NCBI GenBank assembly: GCA_964016885.1
Contig: OZ024756.1
Location: 18,972,001-19,036,000, forward strand
Direction: 5' to 3'
Length of the DNA: 64,000 nt
Origin: Eledone cirrhosa
Taxonomy: Eukaryota
Shown one piece after another: positions 17,206 to 31,105 of this stretch. The number at the start of each line of letters is the position of its first letter. Positions within the stretch are counted from its first letter, which is position 1. Below the pieces are notes generated by a model. That model worked only from the letters and a program-made list of their open reading frames with translations. It did no database searches and was not told the DNA's origin. A program made the position numbers and the translations under genes.

Positions 17206-17647
17206 CCAAAAGTTTACATGGTTCATTGATTATTCAACAAATTCAATTTTACAATAGATTAGAAGCACTCAACTGAAAAATTTTCTGGCGTATCTATAAT
17301 ATTATTCAAAATATTAATAAATGAGAAATATTATCATAACCAAAGTATATATTTTATTATACATATTTCAAACGTACAATGGTGTTTCAGTATGTTTTCA
17401 TCACATAAAATATATAAGAGATTTGATATGTGACATACTGCTAAGGTACTTGAATCTTCAATTCTTGATGAAAACATACTGAAACACCATTCTACCTTTG
17501 AAATATGTATAATAAAATATATACTTTGGTTATGATAATATTTCTCATTTATTAATATTTTGAATAATATATATATATATATATATATATATTTAAAACT
17601 GCACTATCCACAAGTGTTTTTTTTAGCCTTCATATCATGTCCTCCTG

Positions 17648-17714
17648 TTTTATCTGATGAAAACACAAATATTATTGCATGATGATGTTTGTTTTTGAAA
17701 TGCGCATAATAAAA
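17648..17714 (+). ncRNA. Type I minimal hammerhead ribozyme motif
   Basis: TTTTAT-CTGATGA-[16-bp stem II, GCAT loop]-GAAA-TGCGCA-TA-ATAAAA. Stem I is 6 bp and stem III is the palindrome ATGCGCAT. Confidence 0.75.
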
Positions 17715-17837
17715 TACATGGAACTCCTTTAACCATCTTTTGTTCTTATATATTATGTATACTCCAGTCCTACAAACTGTAGAGTGCTTCTTATCCGATA
17801 TCTGCATTGCTTTATTGTACTACAATAAAACTCACCT

Positions 17838-17910
<73 letters not shown>

Positions 17911-18245
17911 AACAAGGGGAAGAAGAATACTGCATGGTTGCACATGGATTACATATTATAAAATTAGTCCCTCATCAGTGATTTGCCAACCATCATTGGT
18001 ATTTCATCGCATTAAAAATCAGATACCTCAGGTTGGTGCGAGCAATAACTAAAATAAGCTATTGGGACAAGTGAAACGCGTAAAGCGAGTGAGACAAGTA
18101 AACAACATAGAAGGAAAAGCAAACCGAAGGTAGGAAAAAAGCAAGCAACATGATGGTTATCCGATCAGCATAAGCTGGGTGAATTTCATGAGCGGTCAGA
18201 GAAGCAGACCGTACGCCGTGAGTGCGGTGTGAGAAAGAAGGAACC

Positions 18246-18284
<39 letters not shown>

Positions 18285-18720
18285 CTCTCAATCAGAATCA
18301 AAATTCGTTTACTGAAGACATTTGTTGTGTCAACGCTTCTTAACGACTGCGAATCGTGGACTTTCACGAATCAGACACAGAGATACCTCAAGTCTACCTC
18401 AAGTCTACCAGAATACTCAGGATCTCGTATGTTGACCAAATAAATAATCAAAAGGTTTTGAAGAGAATGTGGATGGAACATGAGATACTGCTTACTATTA
18501 AAAAGAGATAACTAATGTTCCTAAGACATACCATCAAGAAAGGAATGCTGGAAGACCTTTCCATTAGCGGAAAAGTTCCTGGGAAGAGTGCCAGAGGTCG
18601 TCAAAGGAGGTCCTTGTTTTGATAATTTCAACATCAAAGCAGCAGAAGTATGGGATCTCACTCTAAATTGAACAGCGTGGAACGTCATGGTTCGTCAAAC
18701 ACTGATACAGTGATGGTACA
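18285..18720 (+). mobile_element. Decayed RTE-like LINE 3' fragment
   Basis: Encodes LSIRIKIRLLKTFVVSTLLNDCESWT, with a GKSARGRQRR-like motif downstream and many disruptions. Confidence 0.65.
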
Positions 18721-19581
18721 AGAAAAAGAGAATGAAGTAACAGCTTACGAAATAGTTTTCTCAACATGTTTAATTGAGACCTGTGATATAATATCCCGGG
18801 GGTTAATCTACGAGTGTTTTACAGGTTCCAATAATTCACGGAGTACATATAAATGAATATGTTAGGAAAAATAGACAAGGCATGATTAGAAAAACTTATT
18901 CAATTATAATGTACGAAGGCAAATTATTGGCTTTTGAAGCACTGAGAATATCATCATCATCATCATCATCATTTTATGTCCACTTTTCCCTGCTTGCAAG
19001 GGTGGGACGGCAACTGATTCTGGCTTGATTTCTACAGCTGGATGCCGTTCCTAACACCAACCTCATTTACAGTGAGTGCTGGGTGCTTTTTTGCCGTGGC
19101 GCCTACACGACCACTTTACAGTGTGGGCTGGGTGCTTTTTTGCACCTCCACGACCACTTTGCAGTGGAATGATAGGGACCCCCACTCCCTATCATCTCAT
19201 TTCTACCGCTGAGTAAACTGGAGCAATGGGAAATAAAGTAAAGTGTTGAGCAAGGTATGGTGTGGTTGAATATCCAGACCTGCCTCATAGCATGGACAAA
19301 CCATCTGACCTATACAAGCATAGAAAATAAGAAGTTAAATAGTGATGATGATGATGATGATCTATATATATGTATAATAGGTATAAATCAAAGTTTTAGC
19401 TGTTGTACAGCAAGTACTACTCGATTTGTTTGAGGCAATTACAAAGCACTCAATGGAGCAAAAGTTAAAAACATTAGGTCCAGAGTAAACACAACAGTTA
19501 TAAAATGTGACACCAAGAAAACTGACCAAAGGCACTGGCCATACATATAACACAATGATGATATATTTATATATACATATA

Positions 19582-19842
19582 GAGTCAGCTCAAAAGTGAC
19601 ACAGAGGATACTGAGGTTAGCTGGACATGCTCACCGACATCCAGAGTTGGCATTGCACTCAGTGCTCCTGTGGGAGCCCCTACATGGACACACTGGAAGA
19701 GGAAGACCAAGGTTAACGTATGTTGATGCCCTAAGGACAGACACTGGTCTGTTGGAGACGCAGGACATGGCAGCGATAATGAGGGACAGAGACCGCTGGA
19801 GAGAACTCATCCATGGATCTCGGGAATTTTACCCGCCTTAGA
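19582..19842 (+). mobile_element. RTE-like LINE 3' fragment
   Basis: Encodes RILRLAGHAHRH...VLLWEP...GRGRPRLTYVDALRTDTG...RDRWR. Confidence 0.8.
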
Positions 19843-20059
19843 AATACATATAGATAGATATAGAAGTAGTTCCACAACATTTAATTCACCATTTCTGAGA
19901 ACAATTGTTTCACCTTATTCAGATCACAGCTCGGTTTAAATGAGATTGTATGGATGACATGAAGATCTGTGTGCTCTAGCAGGATGATATACTACATACA
20001 TATGCATGTAGGTATGCATGAATGTGTGCATGTGTTTACAGATAAGGAATCAAATGGAA

Positions 20060-21269
20060 ATGAATACATACATTTCCATATGCAATACATGTCAGTACCA
20101 GAGCAGTCTTCTCTCTTCTACATTACATTTGATACTCCTATATCCAATTTTTTCACTCTGTTCAAGCACACTAGCATTACGCACCCAATTGAGCATGCTT
20201 GCTTCGTTTTTCTATCCAGCTTTCATATGCCTCCTGTATTTACCACCCATTTCTCACTGTCATGCAACCTCACATTTCTCGTGCAAACATCATACAATCC
20301 GCCATTTTCTCATAGAGAAAATCCCTTTATTGTCAACAGTAGTTGTAGCTCCCTAAACTTTTCCAGCCTTTTCTTATTCTAGCTGCTATAAGTAACAGAA
20401 ACTATCAACTACTTCTATGGTACCTTCCTAAAATTGGAAAAAATTTCACTACCATTCTTAAACACCCACTACTCCTGTACAATGTTCTGTTAGTCTGCTT
20501 ACAGTCCCACTGCACATCTTGTGTACCCATAATTTACATTGTGTACATCAGGCATGTCAAACTGAGTGTCCCCTGAGGACTACATGGTTCATATATGTGT
20601 TGTCTGAGGGCCACAAATGTCAACTAATTGCGCCCATTACAACTAATTTGACAAAGATAAAACATGCTTGAGCTGTAAAAATCTTTGTGCAGGCTGCAGG
20701 TGTGCTTCTAAAGGGCCGCATGGTGTACATTATACAGAATTCCTACCTACTCCTTTTCTACATATTGAGCTTTGGCACTTCCCTGGTGGGATCAGAGTCC
20801 TGTCTTCTTTCCTACTTACTAAAGTTTTGATCTTTGCTATGTTTACTCTGAGCCTTTTTGATTCTAAGTTCTGTTTCCACCATAAGTATTTCTTATCAAG
20901 CTCTTCCGCAGATTCGGCTATAAGAACCAGTGCATCAGCATACAGAGGTTCCCATAGACTACCAGTCATAAACTTCTATGTTATGTAGCCTAGAGGACTA
21001 TAATAAACAAGAGGGGGCTGAGTGCTGAGCCCTGATGAAGGCCTACCTATACATTGAATTCCTAACTAAACTCATCACCTACCATCACTTTACTGACATT
21101 ACCTTTGTACACGGCTTTCACTGCTTTTATTAGTCCCTCAGCTACACTCAGTTACCTTTAAGAACCACCAGATAACAAATCATGGTACTTTGTTAAAGGC
21201 CTTTTCTAGATCTATAAAAGCTAGGTATAATGGACATACACTTAGCTAGAAACTTATCTTATAGTCATC

Positions 21270-21270
<1 letters not shown>
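20060..21270 (-). mobile_element. Decayed RTE LINE (RT region), interrupted near 20550-20720
   Basis: Encodes WEPLYADALVLIAES...LRVNIAKIKTL...GKCQSSICRKGVGRNS; homologous to 48695-50190. Confidence 0.8.
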
Positions 21271-21308
<38 letters not shown>

Positions 21309-21778
21309 ATACTTGGGGAGGGTCATATTGTTGTAATAATATTGCCAGAATTAATAACAGAACACACTCACTGTTTGGTTGGTTTTCGCTTCTGTATCTT
21401 TTATATCAGTTAATTTAATTTATTCGGTCCTCAATGTTTACCATTGACTGACCAACGGTCAAAAATACAAATATAATATTGACACAAACACATATATATA
21501 GTCTAATCATCGTTTAACATCCATCTTCCACGCTAACATGGGTTAGACGGGTTTGTCTCATTTAGAGGCAAGATGATGATGATGATGGTAGATATATATA
21601 TATATATATATATATAGTTAAAAGCTAGTAAGTTAGTGCACAATGGGTGAGCTCATGCCTGTTGAAATAGCATGAGTTCAGCCATTGGGTACTAACTTTT
21701 CACTGTACATACACACTACTTACCCAAATATCGAATACTCAGCTGAACATGGTCTTACTTGTCTAAACTGATAATTCC

Positions 21779-21902
<124 letters not shown>

Positions 21903-22540
21903 TCATCATCATTTTACGTCCGCTTTTCCCTGCTTGCAAAGGTGGGACGGGAACTGATTCTGACTTGATTTCTACAGCTGGATGCCCTTCCTAACACCAA
22001 CCTCATTTACAGTGAGTGCTGGGTGCTTTTTTTTGCCGTGGCACCCCACGACCATTTTGCAGTGGAATGTTATGGACCCCAGTCCCTATCATCTCATTTC
22101 TACAGCTGAGTAAACTGGAGCAATGTGAAATAAAGTGTCTTGCTCAAGGAAACAACACATCACCCGGTCTGAGAATCGAACTCACAACCTTTCGATTGCA
22201 AGCTCTAACCACTATATATATATTATCATCATCATCATCATCATTATCATCATCAACATCATTTTAACATCCTCTTTCCCTGCTAGCAAGGGTTGGACGG
22301 GTCTACATAGGCGAAGTTAGTACTGAAGCAGAGCTACTGATCTCCCAGACAGGCCAAGGATATGGTCCTCCCAACTCTTTGTTTGGCAAGAATTCTGTGG
22401 CTGGATGCCTTTCCTATCACCAACCAGTTAACAGCATGTACTGGGTGCGTTTATCATGTAGATCACCAATGCTAGAGAGGTTGACGTGACTGAGGGGGTC
22501 ACCCCAGCCCTATATATAAAGTCTGTCTTAAGCCATTTAA

Positions 22541-22741
22541 CCCTTTAATGTTCAAACCGGCCAAAACCGGCCAGAATTCTCTACCTCTTCCTGTTGAAAC
22601 TGGCTATAACTGGTCGCTCAAACTGATGTTAAGGTATTGTTCTCAAAATAAATACTTTCTCATAGAATCGATATTATGTGAGGTAAAGTCTTTACCATGA
22701 AAATATAATAGTATATATAGAGTGATGTGAATGCTAAAGGG
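22541..22741. mobile_element. piggyBac-like MITE (~200 bp)
   Basis: TTAA|CCCTTTAATGTTC...GAATGCTAAAGGG|TTAA gives terminal inverted repeats and a TTAA target duplication. Related copies lie near 13770, 14250 and 27440-27661 (inverted). Confidence 0.7.
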
Positions 22742-22747
22742 TTAAGG

Positions 22748-23003
22748 CTTGTTAGGCCGGTGCTTATCCCAGGTTTCATGGCATAAAGTGGCTGAGAGTA
22801 CAAGACTTCCCCTTGGACAGGATGTCAGTCCATCACAGGGTTAAACCCCTAGCTATTGCTGGTATTCATTTACACCTGAGTATACTGGAACAACGTGAAA
22901 TGAAGTGTTTTGCTCAAGAACACAACACATAACCCAGGAATCAAACCCACGACATTCTGATCGTAAGTCCAACACTCTTACTACTAGGCCAGGCACCTCC
23001 ACA
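22748..23003 (-). mobile_element. tRNA-derived SINE family 3
   Basis: tRNA-like head, then CTTGAGCAAAACAC and GATGGACTGACATCCTGTCCAAGGGG. A second copy lies at ~44093-44350. Confidence 0.75.
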
Positions 23004-23426
23004 AAGCTCTATATATACATACATATATAATATATACTATATACATAATTCTCATTGCTGGACAATAATATTATTATAATACTATTGGTGGATTGGCAGT
23101 ATCGGTAGAGGGTCGGACGCCATGCTTTCCAGTATAGTTACGTCCCTTTACGATCTGAGTTCAAATCCCGCCGAGGTTGACTTTGCCTTTCATCCTTACG
23201 GGGTCGATAAAATAAAGTACCAGTAATGCACAAGGTAATTTCTGGCCTTGTGCCTAAAGTAGAAATAAATATTATTATAATACTAGTAATAATAGTTATA
23301 ATAAGTTCTTTTTAAAGTGAATCGTTAACCGAAGCCATTAATAAGTAATTACCTTCATTTAATTTTATTTCTATTATTACAATTAATTTTTTTTTTTTTA
23401 ATGATTGCTCTTGTTGTCCACCTTAG

Positions 23427-23963
23427 GCACAAAGGCGCAACAGCAGTGGCCCAACATGTGGCCCAAAGCCTCATGAGTCACGTGCAGTTAACTTTGATCC
23501 AGAAGTAAGACGTGCTGGTGAAGGGATTATCGGACTTCAAGCAGGAACCAACAAATTTGCAACACAAAAAGGAATGGTAATGGGAGGTGTCCGTCACGTC
23601 GCTGATATCCGCTGTGACAAGTACGATCCTGAAAGCAACAAAGACGTAGGCCTGCAAAGTGGCACCAATAAATTTGCCTCGCAAAAAGGTATTGTCATTG
23701 GTGGTGTTCGCCATATCGCAGATATCCGTTGTGATGATTTCATACAGGACTCACAAGGACACATAGGTTTACAGAGCGGCAGCAACAAATTTGCAACACA
23801 AAAAGGAATGAGCTTCGGAGCTGTCCGTCACGTGAACGACATCAAATCCGAAGATGTATCAGAGGAAGGCAAACGCACCATCAATCTCCAATATGGCTAC
23901 ACTGCCGGTGCAAACCAATCAGGAATGAGTTTTGGAAAGAATAGATCCATTGTCGATCTCTAA
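23427..23963 (+). CDS. Calponin/transgelin-family terminal exon A (178 aa, 4 calponin repeats)
   Basis: Acceptor TTGTTGTCCACCTTAG|GCA, then an open frame AQRRNSSGPTCGPKP...AGEGIIGLQAGTNKFATQKGM...NRSIVDL*. The motif LQxGxNKxAxQxGMxxGxxR is the calponin-family repeat. Confidence 0.88.
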   Translation, partial: AQRRNSSGPTCGPKPHESRAVNFDPEVRRAGEGIIGLQAGTNKFATQKGMVMGGVRHVADIRCDKYDPESNKDVGLQSGTNKFASQKGIVIGGVRHIADIRCDDFIQDSQGHIGLQSGSNKFATQKGMSFGAVRHVNDIKSEDVSEEGKRTINLQYGYTAGANQSGMSFGKNRSIVDL

Positions 23964-24743
23964 ATTTACCACCCTTGCAATGGCACGGTCAAACTGATTA
24001 CATTTCGGCATTATCCTAATATTTTTTCGCACCATAATATTTCCACATTACTGCTTAGCAAACCTCAATTTAAAAGCACACTGTTCTGTTGTTATGCATT
24101 ACTGCAAGAGCTTGCTTTTCTTTTCTTTTATCTCAAAGAAGCCAAATATCTGTAAAAGATAAAAAGTGTAACTAATGTGAATAAAGCCTGGAATTTGCTA
24201 AGATAACGATGATAAATACTGTGGCAAATAATTAATCTCATCAAAAATATTTATGTGTGGAACTCCAGTAAAAAGAAACAAATGGTGTTATGTTGCATTT
24301 ACCAATAAATAACTTTGCTGTTGAAGACCAACTCAACAATAAGTAGAAGGAATATTATAATTCTACTAAAAGGTTTTGCTAATGTGGTGCAATTTTATGA
24401 TGTTTCACAGCAGGACTGCTGAATAATGGCTCCGACATATTTATTTCACCTGGCCCTTTCCAGTAAGGTTTTCATTTAAAGGCACTGCTTAATTAATTCT
24501 TCTTTAGTTAATGGAGTGTCCAGGCTGGGGAGTAATGGTTGTAACTTTTAGGTTTAAGTTTTACGTTACATTAACACAGTTAAAACAAGAAAGGAAATAA
24601 CCAAGTTAAGAGCTAAGTTTTGGGGGGTTTTTTCTGTGTTATAAGAAATATTCAGTGAGGGATTTTCTGAACAATGGAGACTGGAAGACCTTTAACTTTT
24701 TCATGATTCACTTCTAATGAAATAAACTTTATTTGAATTAAAT

Positions 24744-25131
24744 AATGAAGAATTTTGAAGGATTTACTAAAATTATTAATTATTTCATTACTAAGATATT
24801 AACTTAATGTAAGGTTCTTATATAAAATTATGCTGGAAGATTTTGATTTAAATAGGAACCCTCTATTTTTATTAATTAATGAAGAATTTTGAGGGATTTA
24901 ATAAAATTATTAATTATTTCATTACTAAGATATTAACTTAATGTAAGGTTCTTATATAAAATTATGCTGGAAGATTTTGATTTAAATAGGAACCCTCTAT
25001 TTTTATTAATTAATGAAGAATTTTGAGGGATTTAATAAAATTATTAATTATTTCATTACTAAGATAGTAACTTAATGTAAGGTTTTTTTATATAAAATTA
25101 TGTTGGAAGATTTTGATTTAAATTGGAAACC
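24744..25131. repeat. 134-bp tandem repeat, ~3 copies
   Basis: AATGAAGAATTTTGA starts at 24744, 24878 and 25012. Confidence 0.9.
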
Positions 25132-25842
25132 TTTAAAATGGGTGATCTTATTTCATAGAACCAGAGCCACTTTTGGCCAAGTTGGTAACTAAAGGATTAA
25201 ATGATGAACAGCTAGTGAAACTAGTTGCAACAGAAGCATCTAATTAACCAACTGAATTATGGTGTTCAAGTTAGCCATGCAGTCTGTGGTCTTGTTGGTA
25301 GACAGGCCTTGTTATTAAGGGAATGGCAGTTACAATAGTTTCAGTAAAGTATTTATTTATCTCATGTATGATAAAACTGATTGATTGTCTTTCCCTAATC
25401 ATAAGTATTTACCAATAAATTCTATTGAGTTTAGTAGAGTACCAGATCAAAGCTACCCTTCAAAGCTAGAATATAATGTATTTACCAATAGGTGATAAAT
25501 TCTATTGGATTTAATAGAGTACCAGATCAAAGCTGGCACTCAAGCTAGAATTGAAGCTCAGCAATGGAAAGCTAATTATATTGTTTCATTTGATGCTAGT
25601 GGGAAGTTGTATCAATGTTAAGATGTTCTGAATCGATGTAGTTTCAAGCGTGTAAGCCATGGCAGGTTCATGACTCAGAAGACTGTCAGTCACAAGATAC
25701 AAACCATCTTCACTTCAACCAAATAGCAGATCACAAACAAACTGAGTCAGTTCTGATTATATACAATAATATTGCTGAATAATTTCTAGTTTCGGATCTC
25801 AACCCAGTGTTTTTGGCATCTGTAATACTCTAAGGCCCAAAA

Positions 25843-26194
25843 TACCTGTAATACTCTAAGGCTCAAAAATGTAACTATTTATATAAATACAAATTTGATT
25901 GGTTAACTCCATTAGAATTATGAAAAACCCCCCAAAATGAAGACAGTATTTAATTGTTAATACCTGTAATACTCTAAGGCCCAAAAATGTAACTATTTAT
26001 ATAAATACAAATTTGAGTGGCTAACTCCATTAGAATTATGAAAAACCCCCAAAAATGAAGACAGTATTTAATTGTTAATACCTGTAATACTCTAAGGCCC
26101 AAAAATGTAACTATTTATATAAATACATATTTTAGTGGTTAACTCCATTAGAATTATGAAAAACCCCCCAAAATGAAGACAGTATTTAATTGTT
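25843..26194. repeat. 118-bp tandem repeat, 3 copies
   Basis: TACCTGTAATACTCTAAGG starts at 25843, 25961 and 26079. Confidence 0.9.
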
Positions 26195-26333
26195 GAAACT
26201 GAATTTCCTTGTGGCTAACTGTTCATATTGGTGGAGTTATTAGTGTACTGTTTGTTGATGACTTTGGGTAAATTCAAAGACATTTCGTTGATAAATCTTA
26301 TTTATTTATTTATCCTCTGCATTGTTTAAAGTT

Positions 26334-26339
26334 AATAAA
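26334..26339 (+). terminator. Candidate distal poly(A) signal for exon A
   Basis: AATAAA after an ATTTA-rich stretch and before a T-rich tract. Other candidates lie at 24180, 24304, 24721 and 25414. Confidence 0.3.
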
Positions 26340-27788
26340 GGTTATTTTTTTCTCACACCAAGTCTTTCCATGAATTATTGCATGCTTCCCTGTATGAGGG
26401 TTTGGTCTTGATTATATGTCTGCTTGATCAGAGCTGGCTAACCTGGGGCTAAACAACAACAACAACTGCAACAACAACAACAGTAATGTGTGTGATTGTA
26501 AATTGTTTGTTTAGCATTAGGACATTTTATGTATTTAGGTACAAACAACACAGCACCAGACTAAATACTCTACAGATCTGGCCACCCTGGGGCTAAACAA
26601 CACCAACAACAACAACAACAATGACAGTAACAACATCAACAACAGCATGAACCATTGTAAAGTGTTCATTAACTCTTTAGGAAATTGATGTATTTAGGTA
26701 CAAGAAAAACAATATCGGACTAAATGCCTTACTGAGCTGACTATCTTGGGGCTAAACAACAACAACAACAACACTAACAACAACAACAGCAACAGTAACA
26801 ACATCAACAACAACAGCAACAACAACAGCAGTAACAATAACAAAAATGTGTGTCACTAATAAATAATCTTTAGGTTATCTGCTGATTTGGTGTAGGCTGT
26901 TTTTAAATAGATGCTTTATGAGAACTACACATGCATACATGGCCCTGAGGGAGTCGTAAGGACACTGTATTGACATACAGTGTTTCTAGGGCATTTCTTA
27001 AACCTGATGAAACCCATCTCCTCTCCAGATCTACGAGTCCTATACATCATCATCATCATCATCAGGTTTAGCGTCCGTGTTCCACGCTTGCATGGGTTTG
27101 GACGGGGGTTTTCCCACTTGAGGCAAGAGTGGTTGTCTTGCTCGCATAGGACTGTCTGGCGGGTTTTCTACAGTTGGATGCCCTTCCTAACACCAACCAC
27201 ATTTACAGTGTGGGGCTGGGAGGTTTTTACCGTGTTGCCTACACGGCCACATTACAGCGTGGACTGTCTGGCGGGTTTTCTACAGCTGGATGCCCTTCCT
27301 AACACCAACCACATTTACAGTGTGGGGCTGGGAGGTTTTTACCGTGTTGCCTACACGGCCACATTTACAGCGTGGACTGTGTGTTTTTTTGTCGTGACAC
27401 CTACACGATCTCATTTGTTTCGGCCTAGATGTTGAAGCCCTTAAGCAATTACATTACTCTATATATACTATTGTATTTTTGCAGTAAAGACTTTACCTCA
27501 CATAATTATCTCACATAATATCGAATCTATTAGGTTTTGATATTATTTGTTTTGAGAACAATACCTTAACGTTAGTAGTATGAGTAGCTGGTCACAGCCG
27601 GTTTGAACAGAAAGAGGTGAGAGAATTCTGGCTGAATATGACCGGTTTAAATGATAAAGGGTTAAATAATTAGATTTGATACACATATTTGTTTTTCACA
27701 AGAAAAAAATCATAATTTACCGAACTGATAATATTCATTATTTCATAATATGAAGATCTTTGGTTCCTGAATTTCATTTGTTTTGTGT

Positions 27789-27819
<31 letters not shown>

Positions 27820-28704
27820 GGGCATGGTTTTTCTTTTTTGTCTGAAGTGGAGTCTGGAAAGTAATGTAATGACTGAGAATTTAAAACAAGACATGAAGTC
27901 CCTGTCATATTTCCATAACACCTGAAGACAAACAGAAAATATATTGATAAAAATGTTGAATAGATAGAAACAGATATAATGAGAAGAACAAATAGCAAGA
28001 TGGTGGCAACAATAGATAGAATCTGGTGAGGATTGTGTAAGAACTTACTTGCCAGGTTAACTGGCCTCCAAAATGGAACAATGTAGGAACAAACAACCAA
28101 CGAACATATTGATATTGTCTCTCACCATTTCTGAGGTCGATAAAATAAGTAACTGTCATATATGGTGCTTGACAATGACTGAAAAAAAAAAGTTTAAAAA
28201 AAATGACTAGTGAAAAAAAATATATATATACATATATTGTTATACTTTGGGAGAATCATGTTGCCAATAAAAACACATGCACTTGTTGCTTTTCACTTCC
28301 ATTTATTATAAATTTCTGGTTGGTTGGTTGGCTGGTTGGTTGGTTGGCTGGTTGGTTGGTTGGTTGGTTCGATAACTGGAAGGTCGTTTATATATTGTCA
28401 GATGGTGCAGGACAGAACAAAGGAGATTACAAAAAGAAAAAGAATAAAAACCTAGTCACTAAGGAGGTCACAAAATGTGTGACAAAAGAGCTTCGACAAT
28501 ATATAAACAACCTCCTGTTATCGAACCAACCAACCAACCACCCACCCAACCGGAAATTTATAATAAATTCAAGTGAAAACCACCAGGTGCGTGTGTTTTT
28601 ATTGGCAATATGACCCTCCCAAAGTATAACAATATCTGTTTCAACACACGTTTTCAGATAAGAAATCTCGCAAAACAAATTCAAAAACGAATATATATAT
28701 ATGT

Positions 28705-29052
28705 GGAGGCACATGGCTTAGTGGTTAGAGCATTGGCCTTGCAATCGAAAGGTTGTGAGTTCAATTCTCAGATCGGGTGATGTGTTGTTTCCTTGAGCAA
28801 GACACTTTATTTCACATTGCTCCAGTTTACTCAGCTGTAGAAATGAGATGATAGGGACTGGGGTCCATATCATTCCACTGCAAAGTGGTCGTGGAGGTGC
28901 CACGGCAAAAAAGCACCCAGCACTCGCTGTAAATGAGGTTGGTGTTAGGAAGGGCATCCAGCTGTAGAAATCAAGCCAGAATCAGTTCCCGTCCCACCCT
29001 TACAAGCAGGGAAAAAGCGGACGTAAAATGAAATGATGATGATGATGATGAT
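28705..29052 (+). mobile_element. Full-length SINE family 2
   Basis: A box TGGCTTAGTGG, B box GAGTTCAATTC, body CCTTGAGCAAGACAC, and tail GGTGTTAGGAAGGGCATCC...GGACGTAAAATG(GAT)n. Other copies lie at 40031-40376 (+) and 21899-22212 (-). Confidence 0.88.
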
Positions 29053-29877
29053 ACAGTGTACCTCTGGCATTCACAGTCCTGGCATTTGTAGTCCCAGTTA
29101 TTAGCGGAATTTTCCTTAGAACCTAACTAATAACTGTTCGTGGAAACCACCACATATTCGCAGAATCGTAGATATCTTCCACAATATTTTTATAGATTTT
29201 TTCGTGGCAATAAATATGTATTCACTCTTTTTAATGCTAAATTATTAATATATACCGTATTTGCCGACCAATATTTTATGGTATGTTTTGACGTTTATAG
29301 GCATTTTTAAGAACCATGTCCAATATTCGTGGTTTTTCACTCTTTGCATGTGTTCTAGGAATGTAACCCCCGCGAATACCAGGGGACAACTGCATATATA
29401 AAATACCCCTCCACCACACACACACCACCACCACCACCACCACCACCATCCAATCTCTCCTTGCAATCTTTTAGTCGATCGACTTTCGTCAAATCGGACC
29501 GAGGGAACAATGTTTCCGTCGGTCTTTCCAATTGCTAATACTATCTATCGGTCGCAACTCCAGGTAGAAGGAGAAACGTGAAATAAAGTGTCTTGCTCAA
29601 GGACATAACGCATCGCCTGGTTCAGGAATCAAACTCACAACCTTACGATTGCGAATCCAATTCTCTAACCACTCAGCCACACGCCTTCACAATAATGCAT
29701 CAAATAATATAGATATCTAGTGAAAATGATCTATTTACTATATAAACACTTATAACCATTATCTAGTAAGATGTTTCTAACTTGTCAACAAAGATAAATA
29801 GAAGCGAAGCGCTAACAAAAGTTAAACTAGTAAAAATCTCTATATATATATTTGAGCAACTTCTGACCATCCATCCG

Positions 29878-30430
29878 TCTGTGTGTAAAAGGAAGGAAGG
29901 GGATGGTGAAAAAAACTGTAGCAAAACAGTGGCTGGTGTTCCATTTGCTTCAGTATGTGAATGTATGTGTGTATGTTTGTGTGAATGTACGTGGAAGGAA
30001 GGCGATGGTGAAAAAATTATAGCAAAAGAACAGCTGGCGTTCCATTTGCTACACTGTGTGTGAGTATATGTGTATGTGTGTTTGTGTGAATGTATGTGTG
30101 TATAAAAGGAAGGAAGACGATGGTGTAAAAACTATAGCAAAAGAGCAGCTGGCGTTACATTTGCTACACTGTGTGTGAGTATATGTGTATGTGTGTTTGT
30201 GTGAATGTATGTGTGTATAAAAGGAAGGAAGACGATGGTGTAAAAACTATAGTAAAAGAGCAGCTGGCGTTCCATTTGCTACACTGTGTGTGAGTATATG
30301 TGTATGTGTGTTTGTGTGAATGTATGTGTGTATAAAAGGAAGACGATGGTGTAAAAACTATAGCAAAAGAGCAGCTGGCGTTCCATTTGCTATGCTGTGT
30401 GTGAATGTATGTGTATGTGTGTGTTTGTAT
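29878..30430. repeat. ~116-bp GT-rich tandem repeat, ~5 copies
   Basis: GATGGTG(T/A)AAAAACTATAGCAAAAGAGCAGCTGGCGTTCCATTTGC recurs. Confidence 0.85.
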
Positions 30431-30845
30431 AAATGTATGTGTATGTGTGTGTGTTTGTATGAATGTATGTGTATTTGTGTGATTGTATGTCTGTGAGTGT
30501 GTATGTTTTTGTAAGTGTGTCTGTGTTTGCATGTTTATATTTATATACTCATACATATAAATACATGCATATACACATACACATATACACATACATATAC
30601 ACGAACGCGTCAGCACATAGAAAAAATCCAAGTATATCAAATACACCCCGCCACCCACCCCACTCCATCCAATCTCACCTTGCAATAATTCATTAAATGC
30701 TATAAATGTCTAGTGAAAGTTATCTATTTACTATTCAATGACTTATAAACATTTTCTCAGATATTTCTATCTTGTTTGCAATGAAGAAACCAAGCAATAA
30801 AACTAATCTAAAACTGTCTACATCTCTCACAATTCAATAATATTT

Positions 30846-31105
30846 TTCTTTGCCTTCTTCTTCTTTGCCCTCTTCTCCTTCTTTGCTATCTTCTTCTTTG
30901 CCATATTCTCCTTCTTTGCTATCTTCTTCTTTGCCCTCTTCTCCTTCTTTGCTATCTTCTTCTTTGCCCTCTTCTCCTTCTTTGCTATCTTCTTCTTTGC
31001 CCTCTTCTCCTTCTTTGCTATCTTCTTCTTTGCCATATTCTCCTTCTTTGCTATCTTCTTCTTTGCCCTCTTCTCCTTCTTTGCTATCTTCTTCTTCTTC
31101 TTCAT
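30846..31105. repeat. 36-bp pyrimidine-rich minisatellite, ~7 copies
   Basis: Unit TTCTTCTTTGCCCTCTTCTCCTTCTTTGCTATC-like. Confidence 0.9.

Noticed and set aside
28705-28780. tRNA-like sequences with A and B boxes
   Set aside because: They are SINE heads that continue into the SINE body and tail, and I could not build a full cloverleaf.
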